DNA of 17,468 nucleotides, taken from NCBI GenBank assembly GCA_964359165.1, contig CAYHRV010000042.1:1-17468 (forward strand), given 5' to 3'. Under the pieces are notes generated by a model, which searched no databases, had not been told where the DNA came from, and saw nothing but the letters and a program-made list of their open reading frames with translations. This document shows, piece by piece, positions 1-7,592 of this stretch. How positions within the stretch are numbered: the stretch's first letter is position 1; every line of letters starts with the position of its first letter. The stretch comes from an uncultured Elusimicrobia bacterium. GTDB lineage: Bacteria > Elusimicrobiota > Elusimicrobia > UBA1565. Made by a program: the position numbers and the translations under genes.

Positions 1-1
1 T

Positions 2-595
2 GAAAATACCGTCACTATTTTTTTAAAATCGTGCAAAGTCCTGGGAACGGAGTTCTCGCAAGAACGCGGGGGAGCCGCCCCCGAGCGGGAACGCAGGCGC
101 GTCCAGTTCACCTTCAGCGCCGATGAAAGATTGCTCGGAGAGATCGACAGAGCCAAGGGTCTTCTGAGGGGGAAGTATCCGAGACCGGGGCTCGAAGAGG
201 TGCTTTCAGAGGGCGTGAAGGCGCTTCTCGATAGGATCGACCCTGCCCGCCGCCTGGTGAAGACGCCCCGCCGCTCGCCCGACGCGGTCGAATTGTCGGG
301 TCCCGAACCGGGCAAGGATGAGAAAAGACGGACGCGGCACGGGCGGACCGTGCCGGGCTGGGTCAAGGAGGAGGTCTGGTGGAGGGACGGGGGGCGCTGC
401 GTGTTCGTGTCGCCGGAGGGGCGGGTGTGCGGCTCCAGCGACGGACTGCAGTTCGACCATATCCGCCCCTGGGCCGCGGGCGGGCGCTCCGACGATCCCT
501 GGAACATCCGCCTCCTCTGCCGGGCTCACAACGGCCTGGAGGCCCGGCGGGTCTTCGGCGACGCCGCGGTGGACGCCGCCGTCGCGAGGGGCTGA
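2..595 (+). CDS. HNH endonuclease domain protein (C-terminal part; open reading frame continues past left window edge)
   Basis: The frame is open from base 2. RVQFTFSADERLLGEIDRAKGLLRGKYP...LEEVLSEGVKALLDRIDP precedes an HNH core: VPGWVKEEVWWRDGGRCVFVSPEGRVCGSSDGLQFDHIRPWAAGGRSDDPWNIRLLCRAHNGLEARRVFG. ORF track starts at an internal TTG (131), which is probably not the real start. Confidence 0.8.
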   Translation, partial: ENTVTIFLKSCKVLGTEFSQERGGAAPERERRRVQFTFSADERLLGEIDRAKGLLRGKYPRPGLEEVLSEGVKALLDRIDPARRLVKTPRRSPDAVELSGPEPGKDEKRRTRHGRTVPGWVKEEVWWRDGGRCVFVSPEGRVCGSSDGLQFDHIRPWAAGGRSDDPWNIRLLCRAHNGLEARRVFGDAAVDAAVARG

Positions 596-641
596 CCTCG
601 GCGCGGCCCGATACCGGCGCGGCCGCCGACGTGTTTGACGT

Positions 642-878
642 TCAAGGCGCTGATGGGCTGATGATAGGCGGCGGGTCGCCTATGACTTCAATGAATGGTA
701 ATGGGGATGGCGGCAGGTCGGCCCCGCTGAAGACAGTCTTCTTGCCGCCGCTCTCCACCTCGATGCTGCCGGTGAGCGATATGAGTTTCAGCCTGGGCGC
801 CTTGGTCGTTTCCTGCGCTAAAACGAAGACGGCGAGCAGGGCTGAAAGAAGATGAACTATCCGCGCGGCGAGTTGTAA
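642..878 (-). pseudogene. Possible small exported protein or gene remnant, no normal start codon found
   Basis: Minus-strand frame ending at TGA (642-644) reads LQLAARIVHLLSALLAVFVLAQETTKAPRLKLISLTGSIEVESGGKKTVFSGADLPPSPLPFIEVIGDPPPIISPSAP. It has a hydrophobic signal-like segment and mostly G/C third positions. No ATG/GTG/TTG lies upstream of the hydrophobic segment in frame (open to about 959). Confidence 0.25.
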
Positions 879-905
879 TGCTGGCGGGCCGCGACGCGGG
901 TTTAA

Positions 906-911
906 TAGAAT
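906..911 (+). promoter_or_regulatory. Possible -10 element (TAGAAT) 6 nt upstream of the ATG at 918
   Basis: TTTAATAGAATATAAACATG; no Shine-Dalgarno before the ATG and no convincing -35. Confidence 0.25.
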
Positions 912-917
912 ATAAAC

Positions 918-2615
918 ATGAGCGTTCGACGGCTCGAAGCCCTGCTGCTGGCTATCCTCCTAACGGCGCCCGGCGGCGCCGCGTGGTCCAAATCCTACAA
1001 GGTCAGCGTGCGCGGGGGGGAGTCGGCCTCCTTCCTGCCCGAGGACCCTAAGGCGGAGCCCGCCAAGGATTCTAGGCGCTATGACGTCGTCATCGTGGGG
1101 GGCGGGCTGGCCGGGATGACCGCGGCCTCCTATCTCAGCGACCACGGGAAATCCGTACTGCTCCTGGAGAAGGAGGAGGTCCTGGGCGGCATCGCCGCGG
1201 GCGGGATGCTTTATTCCGGAGTCCCCTTCAATCGCGGCGTGGCGTACTGGACCGACTCCACCGAGGAGCAGATGAAGATCCTCGAGCATATCGGCATGGG
1301 GGGCTACCGGGACCGCCACGCCATCCCGGAGCCCACCGACAGCTATTTCTGGAAGGGGAAGCTCTACCTCGGGATATGGGAGGAGGAGACGCTCCATCAG
1401 CTTCCGGCCAGCTTCGCGCTGTTCAAGAGCGAACTCCAGCGCGCGGACAAGGGGGGTCTCATCCCCAACCAGCCCTTCGAGGAGGGGGCCCATCTGGAGC
1501 TCGACGCCTTCAACGCCGCCGAGTGGATCCGCGCCATGCCCGAGGCCGCGGCGGCCCGCACCGATGAGGAAGCCAAGAAGGTCTACGCGCGCTTCTCGGA
1601 GGACAAGAGCATCCTCCTGGAGGACCCCATGCGGGACGTAGTCGACCTCATGGACCTCTACTGCCGGTCGGCTCTGGGCGGAAACGCCAATCAGGTCTCG
1701 GCCGCGGCCTTCGCCAACTTCTACATCTCCGAGATCGCCACGCGCTACACCACCCCGCTCGGGACCGGAGAGGCCGCCTCCCTCATCGAGCGCATACTGC
1801 GCCAGCGGGGACATCTCGTCGACATCCGCCTCAAGGCCGCGGCGCGCAGCGTGCGCCAGGACGCCGGCGGAGTAGAAGTGCTTTACCTTCAAAAAGGCAA
1901 GGCGCGCGCGGCGCGCGCCGCGCACGCGGTGTTCGCGGCCCAACTTAAGTTCGCCGCGGACATCGTGGAGGGGCTCGCCGCCTCCGAGAGGGGCCAAGCC
2001 CTGCGGGATCTGGCCTACTCCCACTACTCCGTGCACGTGGTCGTGACCAAGGGCCACCCGTATCGGGCGACTTTCGACACCTGGACGCGGGCGTCGGATT
2101 ACACGGAGAGGGATTTCCCGGATGTGATCCTGGGGCGCTGGATGGACCCGGTGATCAAGGGCTACGAGGGGATGCGCGATCACAAGCAAGACCCCAAGGA
2201 CGACCAGGGCATACTGACGATCTATCATCCGTTCTCGCACCCCCTGGGGCTCAAGCCTAGGGAGTCCAAGTGGGAGAGGGAGCACGTCGCCGAGGTGGCG
2301 CGCCAAGCCGTGGCGAGGCTCATCGACCTCTACTCCCCCCTGCTCAAGGAGCGCTGGGGCACGAAGATCGAGGTCCGTTCCGTGGAGACCAACCGCTGGC
2401 CCTTTTCCATCCACGTGGCCAAGCCGGGCCATTTCACGCGGCTCGCCAAGGAACTGCGCAAGCCCTACGGGAGGGTGTTCTTCGCCAACAACAACCTCGG
2501 CACCCCGTCCTTCGAGGAAGCCCTCTTCCGCGGCCACTGCGCGGCCAACAACATCCTCAAGCGCCTGGACCCGGGCTTCGCCCAGGAGCCGTGGTCCAAG
2601 TGTCCGCTGGAATAA
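918..2615 (+). CDS. NAD(P)/FAD-binding flavoprotein oxidoreductase (amine-oxidase-like), with N-terminal signal-like sequence
   Basis: YDVVIVGGGLAGMTAASYLSDHGKSVLLLEKEEVLGGIAAGG dinucleotide-binding motif; 565 aa; N-terminus MSVRRLEALLLAILLTAPGGAAWSKS; C-terminal VFFANNNLGTPSFEEALFRGHCAANNIL resembles the second FAD-contact region of this fold. Confidence 0.75.
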   Translation: MSVRRLEALLLAILLTAPGGAAWSKSYKVSVRGGESASFLPEDPKAEPAKDSRRYDVVIVGGGLAGMTAASYLSDHGKSVLLLEKEEVLGGIAAGGMLYSGVPFNRGVAYWTDSTEEQMKILEHIGMGGYRDRHAIPEPTDSYFWKGKLYLGIWEEETLHQLPASFALFKSELQRADKGGLIPNQPFEEGAHLELDAFNAAEWIRAMPEAAAARTDEEAKKVYARFSEDKSILLEDPMRDVVDLMDLYCRSALGGNANQVSAAAFANFYISEIATRYTTPLGTGEAASLIERILRQRGHLVDIRLKAAARSVRQDAGGVEVLYLQKGKARAARAAHAVFAAQLKFAADIVEGLAASERGQALRDLAYSHYSVHVVVTKGHPYRATFDTWTRASDYTERDFPDVILGRWMDPVIKGYEGMRDHKQDPKDDQGILTIYHPFSHPLGLKPRESKWEREHVAEVARQAVARLIDLYSPLLKERWGTKIEVRSVETNRWPFSIHVAKPGHFTRLAKELRKPYGRVFFANNNLGTPSFEEALFRGHCAANNILKRLDPGFAQEPWSKCPLE

Positions 2616-2639
2616 GTCCGGCGTCCGTGTCTAATGCGA

Positions 2640-2679
2640 CGGAAATCGGACAAAACGCATGCGTTTTGTCCGATTTCCG
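2640..2679. repeat. Perfect 40-bp palindrome (20-bp arms, no spacer), possible bidirectional terminator
   Basis: CGGAAATCGGACAAAACGCA|TGCGTTTTGTCCGATTTCCG. All 20 pairs match. Located between convergent genes ending at 2615 (+) and 2686 (-). Confidence 0.9.
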
Positions 2680-2685
2680 GAGTTG

Positions 2686-3522
2686 TCAGCTTACGGCAGG
2701 GACCCCGACGATCGAGTAGCCGCCGTCCACGAAGATGGTCTGTCCGGTGATCATCCGGCTGTCCTCGCCGGCCAGGAAGGCGGCGGTTTTCGCCACGTCG
2801 GCTTGCGTCACGTTGTCGCGCAGGGGTGAGACCGAGGCGTGGTACTCCAGCAGGAGGTCGAATTGGGGGATGCCCGAGGCGGCCAGCGTCCGGATCGGCC
2901 CGGCGGATATGGCGTTGACGCGGATCTTCTTCTCTCCGAGCTCGAAGGCGAGCTCCCGCACGTAGGCTTCCAGCGCGGCCTTGGCCACTCCCATCACCTT
3001 GTAATTCGCGCAGACCCGCCGGCCCCCCAGATAGGTGAGCGCGATCACCGAGCCGCCCTGGGGCATCTTGGGCGCCGCGTATCGGGTGATCTTGGCCAGC
3101 GAATGAGCGGAGACGGTCAAGGCGGTCGCGAAGTCCTCTTGGGAGGTGTCCACCACGGCCCCCTCGAAGGCCGCGGCCGGGGCGAAGGCGATGGCATGCA
3201 CCACGATGTCGATGGAGGTCTTGATGCTCTTGAACGCGGCGTCCATCTCCTCGTCCTTGAGCGCGTCGCAGCGATGGATGGCTATGAGGTTCGAGAGCTT
3301 TGGGGCGAGGTCCTTGATGCGGCTGTGGTAGCGGAATTGATAGGCGAGTATGACCCCGGCGCCTTGAGCCGAGAGCTCTTGGGCGATGGCCCAGGCGATG
3401 GAGGCCTCGCTGGCCACTCCGAAGACGAGGGCCGTCTTGCCCCTTAACCGGCCTGCGGCCGGCGTCATGCCTCTGTCGCTATAGCAACAGCCAGATAAGC
3501 GCCATTCGTCATATTCCGACAT
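2686..3522 (-). CDS. fabI: Enoyl-[acyl-carrier-protein] reductase (FabI-type SDR)
   Basis: LRGKTALVFGVASEASIAWAIAQELSAQGA, ALTYLGGRRVCANYKVMGVAKAALEAYVRELA (Y-x6-K), IRVNAISAGPIRTLAASGIPQF, TGQTIFVDGGYSIVG. Start is uncertain: ATG at 3522 or ATG at 3468 (MTPAAGRLRGKTALV). Confidence 0.93.
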   Translation of the reverse strand: MSEYDEWRLSGCCYSDRGMTPAAGRLRGKTALVFGVASEASIAWAIAQELSAQGAGVILAYQFRYHSRIKDLAPKLSNLIAIHRCDALKDEEMDAAFKSIKTSIDIVVHAIAFAPAAAFEGAVVDTSQEDFATALTVSAHSLAKITRYAAPKMPQGGSVIALTYLGGRRVCANYKVMGVAKAALEAYVRELAFELGEKKIRVNAISAGPIRTLAASGIPQFDLLLEYHASVSPLRDNVTQADVAKTAAFLAGEDSRMITGQTIFVDGGYSIVGVPAVS

Positions 3523-3601
3523 GATATTAGCAATTTAGTTCGTGACCCAAAAGAGGCTAGAGTACTCCGGGCTCCATCGGGAGCCGCTAGGGAGGATATC
3601 A

Positions 3602-5239
3602 ATGGCCGGTCTGGATGCCGACACGCTGAAGATGGTGCTTGAGACTCTCGGAGAATACTCCAAGAAGCGCATCAACCATGAGCTTCTCAGGGAACACGAC
3701 AAGGAGAACCGTTTTCCCGCGGAGATACTCAAGGAGCTCTACGATCCGGAGAAGATAGGCATCAACCTCCTGATGATCCCCGAGGAATACGGGGGGCTCG
3801 GCGGCGGCAGCTACGACATCACTCTCGCCTGCGAGGCCCTGGCCCGCATCGACCTGGGCATCGCCACCTCGGTGTTCGCGACTTTCCTGGGGTCGGACCC
3901 CATCTCCGTGGGCGGCACGCCGGAGCAGAAGAAGAAATGGATCACGAAGATCGCCAAGGAAGGCTGTCTGGTCGCCTACGGGGCCACCGAGGCCGAGGCG
4001 GGCAGCGATCTCGTGGCCCTCAAGACCCGCGCGGAGCGGGTGAGCGAGGGGGGGAAGGTCTCCGCCTACAAGCTCACCGGGAGCAAGCAGTGGATCTCCA
4101 ACGGCGCGGTGGCCCAGGTGGTCACGATCCTGGCCCGGGCCCCGGGCGGACCGTCCTGGTTCATCGTGGAGAAGGGGATGCCCGGGTTCACCGCGGGCAA
4201 GGACGAGGACAAGCACGGCATACGCCTGAGCAACACCACGCCCCTCTCCCTGAGCGAGGTGCTCGTTCCGGCCGAGAACCTGGTCGGAGGCGTCGAGGGG
4301 CAAGGCTTGGTCCAGGCGCAGGCCGTCTTCGGCTACACCCGCCTGATGGTCGCGGCGTTGGGCCTGGGGGCCGGCTTAGAAGCCCTCGAGCAGGCGATAC
4401 GCTATAGCCAGCTGCGGGTGGTGGGCGGGGGACCGCTCTCCGGGAAGCAGGGCTATACGCACAAGCTCATCGTCCAGTATTACGCAAGGCTCGAGGCCTG
4501 CCGGGCCTACATCCAGGAGATCGCCGCCCGCCTCGACGGCGGGGAGGAGGGCCTCCAGACCGAGGGAGCCGTGGCGAAATACCTGGCCACCGAGACGGCC
4601 AACCAGGCTGCCGACGCCGCCATACAGGCCCTGGGGGGCTACGGCTACACGCGCGACTTCCCGGTCGAGAAGATCAAGCGCGACGCGAAGATCACCTGCA
4701 TCTACGAGGGGACCAGCGAGATACTGGAGATGACGATCTACCGGGGCCGCTGGCAGGAGCACATGAAGAGCCGCGGGGAGTATTATCTCGCCCAGGCGCG
4801 CGATTGCGACGCCTTGCACTCGAAAACCCCGGATGTCGGCGCGGCCGCGGCCGCCGCCGCCCTGCGCGCTCTCGGGCGAGTGCTGGAGGCGTGCCGGGTC
4901 CAGAAGCTCACCCGCAACCAGTACCTGACCCTGCGGCTGGGAGAGCTCGCGGCTTACGCCGAGACCGCCGCGGCCTTCTGCCGCGCCGCCGCGGCCGCGG
5001 AATATCCCGCCTCCGTGGTCTTCGACCGGGAGGCGCGCCAGGCCATGGCCCGCCTGCACGCGCGCGAGGCCGCCCACCGGGTCGCCAACGAGGGACTGCG
5101 CCTGGTCGCGGGTACGGGAGACGCCGAGGTCTTGGCCGGCGAGGTGGGCCTAGACAGGGTCCGGGCGGAGCAGACCGGCTGGATCGCGGACATGGACCTC
5201 GTCGCCCGCAAGCTCAACGAGAAGTTCAAGGCGACCTGA
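3602..5239 (+). CDS. Acyl-CoA dehydrogenase family protein
   Basis: LLMIPEEYGGLGGG, GATEAEAGSDLVALKTRAE, YKLTGSKQWISNGAVA, IQALGGYGYTRDFPVEKIKRDAKITCIYEGTSEI (catalytic Glu motif). The track starts at GTG 3542, but GGGAGG (3590-3595) lies 6 nt upstream of ATG 3602, so 3602 is preferred. Confidence 0.9.
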   Translation: MAGLDADTLKMVLETLGEYSKKRINHELLREHDKENRFPAEILKELYDPEKIGINLLMIPEEYGGLGGGSYDITLACEALARIDLGIATSVFATFLGSDPISVGGTPEQKKKWITKIAKEGCLVAYGATEAEAGSDLVALKTRAERVSEGGKVSAYKLTGSKQWISNGAVAQVVTILARAPGGPSWFIVEKGMPGFTAGKDEDKHGIRLSNTTPLSLSEVLVPAENLVGGVEGQGLVQAQAVFGYTRLMVAALGLGAGLEALEQAIRYSQLRVVGGGPLSGKQGYTHKLIVQYYARLEACRAYIQEIAARLDGGEEGLQTEGAVAKYLATETANQAADAAIQALGGYGYTRDFPVEKIKRDAKITCIYEGTSEILEMTIYRGRWQEHMKSRGEYYLAQARDCDALHSKTPDVGAAAAAAALRALGRVLEACRVQKLTRNQYLTLRLGELAAYAETAAAFCRAAAAAEYPASVVFDREARQAMARLHAREAAHRVANEGLRLVAGTGDAEVLAGEVGLDRVRAEQTGWIADMDLVARKLNEKFKAT

Positions 5240-5882
5240 GGCCTTCGCGGACGGCGGCGGCGAATCGTTTCAGCAGATCGGGCTCGGCCCCGAGCCTGGC
5301 GCGCAGTCCTTCGGAGATTTCGAGCTGTACCCCTCCCTCTCCCGCGCGGTTGGCGATGTTGCGGCGCGAGGCTCCGGGCAGGCGGCGGCAGGGCTCTTCT
5401 ATTGAAAAGCCCGCCGCGGCGAGTGACCGCGCCGTAGAAGCGCGCTTGAGCGCGTTCGTCCCTCCGACACATGTTTTCTCATCCTTATCGAAAGCGCCGT
5501 GCAGGGACACGATGAGCGCCGCCGAGGCCGCGAGGGCCTCGGCGCCCGGGTCCTTGAAGCGTTTGGAAGTCACATGGAGCTCATGGGGCCTTCGGGAAGA
5601 GACCTTGAGTCCCTCGAAGAGATAATAGCTCCAGTCCGTTCCGGCCGCCGCGCGCGCCGCCTCCGAGGTTCCGGGCTCTATCGTCCCCCCGTGGATGGCG
5701 AATATCGCCACCGTGGACCGGCGGTCGAGCCACTCGACGCGGAAATCCCGTCCTTCTTGATGAGCGGCTCGCAGGGCGCCGACGCTCTTGTGGAGGTCCT
5801 TGGCCTGAGCGGTGGGCGCGCAGGCCAGCAGAAGCAGAGCCGCGAAACGGCGTCGGAAGCCCGACTCCGGACCCCTTCTCAA
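5226..5882 (-). CDS. Poly-gamma-glutamate hydrolase family protein (PghP/YndL-like), exported
   Basis: Contains VAIFAIHGGTIEPGTSEAARAAAG, SYYLFEGL, ELHVTSKRFKDP, ALIVSLHG, CVGGTNA, GASRRNIANRAGEGGVQLEISEGLRARL. TTG start at 5882 gives (M)RRGPESGFRRRFAALLLLACAPTAQA-KD, a signal peptide. The 684-aa ORF in the track is this gene plus a spurious N-terminal extension across the FIST gene. Confidence 0.8.
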   Translation of the reverse strand: MRRGPESGFRRRFAALLLLACAPTAQAKDLHKSVGALRAAHQEGRDFRVEWLDRRSTVAIFAIHGGTIEPGTSEAARAAAGTDWSYYLFEGLKVSSRRPHELHVTSKRFKDPGAEALAASAALIVSLHGAFDKDEKTCVGGTNALKRASTARSLAAAGFSIEEPCRRLPGASRRNIANRAGEGGVQLEISEGLRARLGAEPDLLKRFAAAVREGLRSP

Positions 5883-7063
5883 GGGGCGTTCTTGGGCCGG
5901 AATATCCCGAAACACGAGGTGTAGCCGTGAAGGTAGGTGGTCCCGCCAACCGGACCGATCTCCCCGTTGCAGAAGAAGCCTCCCAGCGGAAGCCCCAGCT
6001 TCTTCTCGAAGAGCTCCGAGTCGTGCCCGGGGCGGCCGTAGAGTCTCTTTCCTCTTCCCACGCAGGAGAAGAGCAGGGCGCCCTTGGGCTCGGGGGAGGG
6101 CCGGCCCTGGGAGTAGAGCGTGAGCCGCTCCTCCAGGTCGCCGGCGGAGGTGCGCTTGTCCCGGAGGTGGAACTGCACCGTCATCCCGTGGCGGAGCAGG
6201 GCGCCCACGGCGAGTATCCCTTTCTTGGCGTCGGCTCCGACGAAATTGCGTATCAGGAAATCCCTCTTCCCCTCCGCGGGGAGGAGCGCGTCTCCGAGCA
6301 GGCCCAGGAAGAGGGAGGTGCGGGCGAGCTGCACGTCCTCCTCGGATAGGCCGTCGAGGATGTTCTTGAGCGCCTCGAGAGGGGGGATCCCCTCCACTTC
6401 CAAGAGCACGTTCTTGGAGCACTTGGTGACTCGCATCGGCGGGCCCACCGGCCTGCAGCCTTGGGCGACTAAGGTATCGATGACCACGTCCCCGGATAGG
6501 GCGGCGCCGACCGCGCCGCCGGTGCAGACCTGGTCGTCCAGGAAAAGGGCGTTGCCCTCGGGTGTGGAGGCGGCGCTGGCCAAGCCTCCGACCTGGACGC
6601 ATCCGGGATAGGCGAAGTCCAAGCCCTGCGTCATGCGTTCGCTGTCCATGGAGTAAGGGTCGCAGAAGTGGAGGAAGCCGGGCTTCTGTGAGGCATCCGG
6701 GAATCCCGTCCAATCCCTCCAGGCCTTGGGCCGGGCGTCGGAGTCGGGCATGGATTCCATCTTCACGTGGAAGGGGTGCAGGCGGGCGCCGGGCAACCAG
6801 GCGCAGGTGAGGGCCAGCGCGCTCTCGCGCTCCACCTCCCGCCCGCCGCCGATCACCCCGCCCGCGGAACAGCCGAGGATGTGCTTGGGGGAAAGGGCCC
6901 GGGCCAGGGCCGCTGGCAGGAGCGCCGCGTCGGGGCAATGGTCGCGGCTGATGAAAAGGAAGGCCGCATCGGGGGAGGAGCCTTCGGCGCGGATCTTGGA
7001 GGCGCATTCCTCGATCGCGGCGATGGGGTCCTTCTCCTCGGAAAGGGCGCTCGCCCAGCGCAT
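5879..7063 (-). CDS. FIST N/C domain signal-sensing protein
   Basis: Contains LGCSAGGVIGGG, PDAAFLFISRDHCP, VQVGGLASAAS, LFLDDQVCTGGAVGAALSG, FLIRNFVGADAKKGILAVGALLRHGMTVQFHLRD, KGALLFSCVGRGKRLYG and LGGFFCNGEIGPVGGTTYLHGYTSCFGIF. Start MRWASALSEEKD at 7063 avoids the overlap with folB that 7111 would create. Confidence 0.85.
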   Translation of the reverse strand: MRWASALSEEKDPIAAIEECASKIRAEGSSPDAAFLFISRDHCPDAALLPAALARALSPKHILGCSAGGVIGGGREVERESALALTCAWLPGARLHPFHVKMESMPDSDARPKAWRDWTGFPDASQKPGFLHFCDPYSMDSERMTQGLDFAYPGCVQVGGLASAASTPEGNALFLDDQVCTGGAVGAALSGDVVIDTLVAQGCRPVGPPMRVTKCSKNVLLEVEGIPPLEALKNILDGLSEEDVQLARTSLFLGLLGDALLPAEGKRDFLIRNFVGADAKKGILAVGALLRHGMTVQFHLRDKRTSAGDLEERLTLYSQGRPSPEPKGALLFSCVGRGKRLYGRPGHDSELFEKKLGLPLGGFFCNGEIGPVGGTTYLHGYTSCFGIFRPKNAP

Positions 7064-7071
7064 GGGAGAGG

Positions 7072-7434
7072 TCAAGGCCGGGCCCGGCGGATCTCGACGG
7101 CGGCCGAGCATACCTTGGGCATGAGAGCGGGCTTCTTGGAGGCCCGCACCCGGACCGCGCCGATGCGCCGGTCGCTTGAGAGCGCGGCCTGAGCCACCTC
7201 CTCGGCGAGGCGCTCCAGGAGTTTGAAGGCGGTGCCTTCGGCCGCGGCCCGCGCGCGGCGCTCGACCTCCTGATAATCAACCGCGTCGCGCAGGTCGTCG
7301 CTCAGGCCGGCTTTGAGGAGGTCGACCTCGAGGACCAGGTCCACCGAGATGGGCTGGCGCTTGCGCCGCTCCCAAGCCGGGACGCCGACTCGGCAGGAGA
7401 GGCGGATGCCGTTGATGTGGATCGTATCCTGCAT
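7072..7434 (-). CDS. folB: Dihydroneopterin aldolase
   Basis: MQDTIHINGIRLSCRVGVPAWERRKRQPISVDLVLEVDLLKAGLSDDLRDAVDYQEVERRAR...FKLLERLAEEVAQAAL...VRVRASKKPALMP. ATG at 7434 fits the family N-terminus better than the track start at 7548. Confidence 0.88.
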   Translation of the reverse strand: MQDTIHINGIRLSCRVGVPAWERRKRQPISVDLVLEVDLLKAGLSDDLRDAVDYQEVERRARAAAEGTAFKLLERLAEEVAQAALSSDRRIGAVRVRASKKPALMPKVCSAAVEIRRARP

Positions 7435-7441
7435 CCGCGTC

Positions 7442-7447
7442 AGTATA
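7442..7447 (-). promoter_or_regulatory. Possible -10 element (TATACT) 7 nt upstream of the folB ATG
   Basis: Minus strand: CCTATACTGACGCGGATG; no clear -35. Confidence 0.3.
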
Positions 7448-7565
7448 GGAATTCTCCCGGCCCCGGCGCGAGGAGGATGGGGGACGCCCGTCCCGGTCCG
7501 GACTGGGCCATAATACAGCCCCTCCGTGGGACCTTGGGCCCCGGTCACCCGGGCGGCCCCGGGCG

Positions 7566-7571
7566 TATACT
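7566..7571 (+). promoter_or_regulatory. Possible -10 element (TATACT) of the subtilase gene
   Basis: GGGCGTATACTTTTTTCATAAGGAGTGTCATCATG; Shine-Dalgarno AGGAG at 7581-7585, 7 nt before ATG 7593. -35 not convincing. Confidence 0.35.
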
Positions 7572-7592
7572 TTTTTCATAAGGAGTGTCATC

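Noticed and set aside
664-683. Short hairpin ATAGGCG-GCGGGT-CGCCTAT
   Set aside because: A perfect 7-bp stem with a 6-nt loop is common by chance in GC-rich DNA. It lies inside a possible coding remnant and has no U-tract.
960-2537. 525-aa minus-strand ORF
   Set aside because: Antisense to the flavoprotein gene; no recognisable motif, GC-driven open frame.
3542-3601. GTG start giving 20 extra residues on the acyl-CoA dehydrogenase
   Set aside because: No Shine-Dalgarno before 3542, whereas GGGAGG is well placed before ATG 3602. Not excluded, only less likely.
3599-5077. Minus-strand ORFs (234 and 233 aa) opposite the acyl-CoA dehydrogenase
   Set aside because: They are shadows of a well-supported plus-strand gene and show no family motifs.
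5884-7280. N-terminal part of the 684-aa ORF as a real protein or a fusion
   Set aside because: Low-complexity Arg/Pro/Gly-rich sequence in a different frame from the FIST-domain gene; the recognisable part begins after 5882.
7473-7565. GC-rich small inverted repeats in the folB-subtilase intergenic region
   Set aside because: Several 5-6 bp C/G stems (for example GGGAC-GCCC-GTCCC) are expected from composition alone. No consistent element was found.
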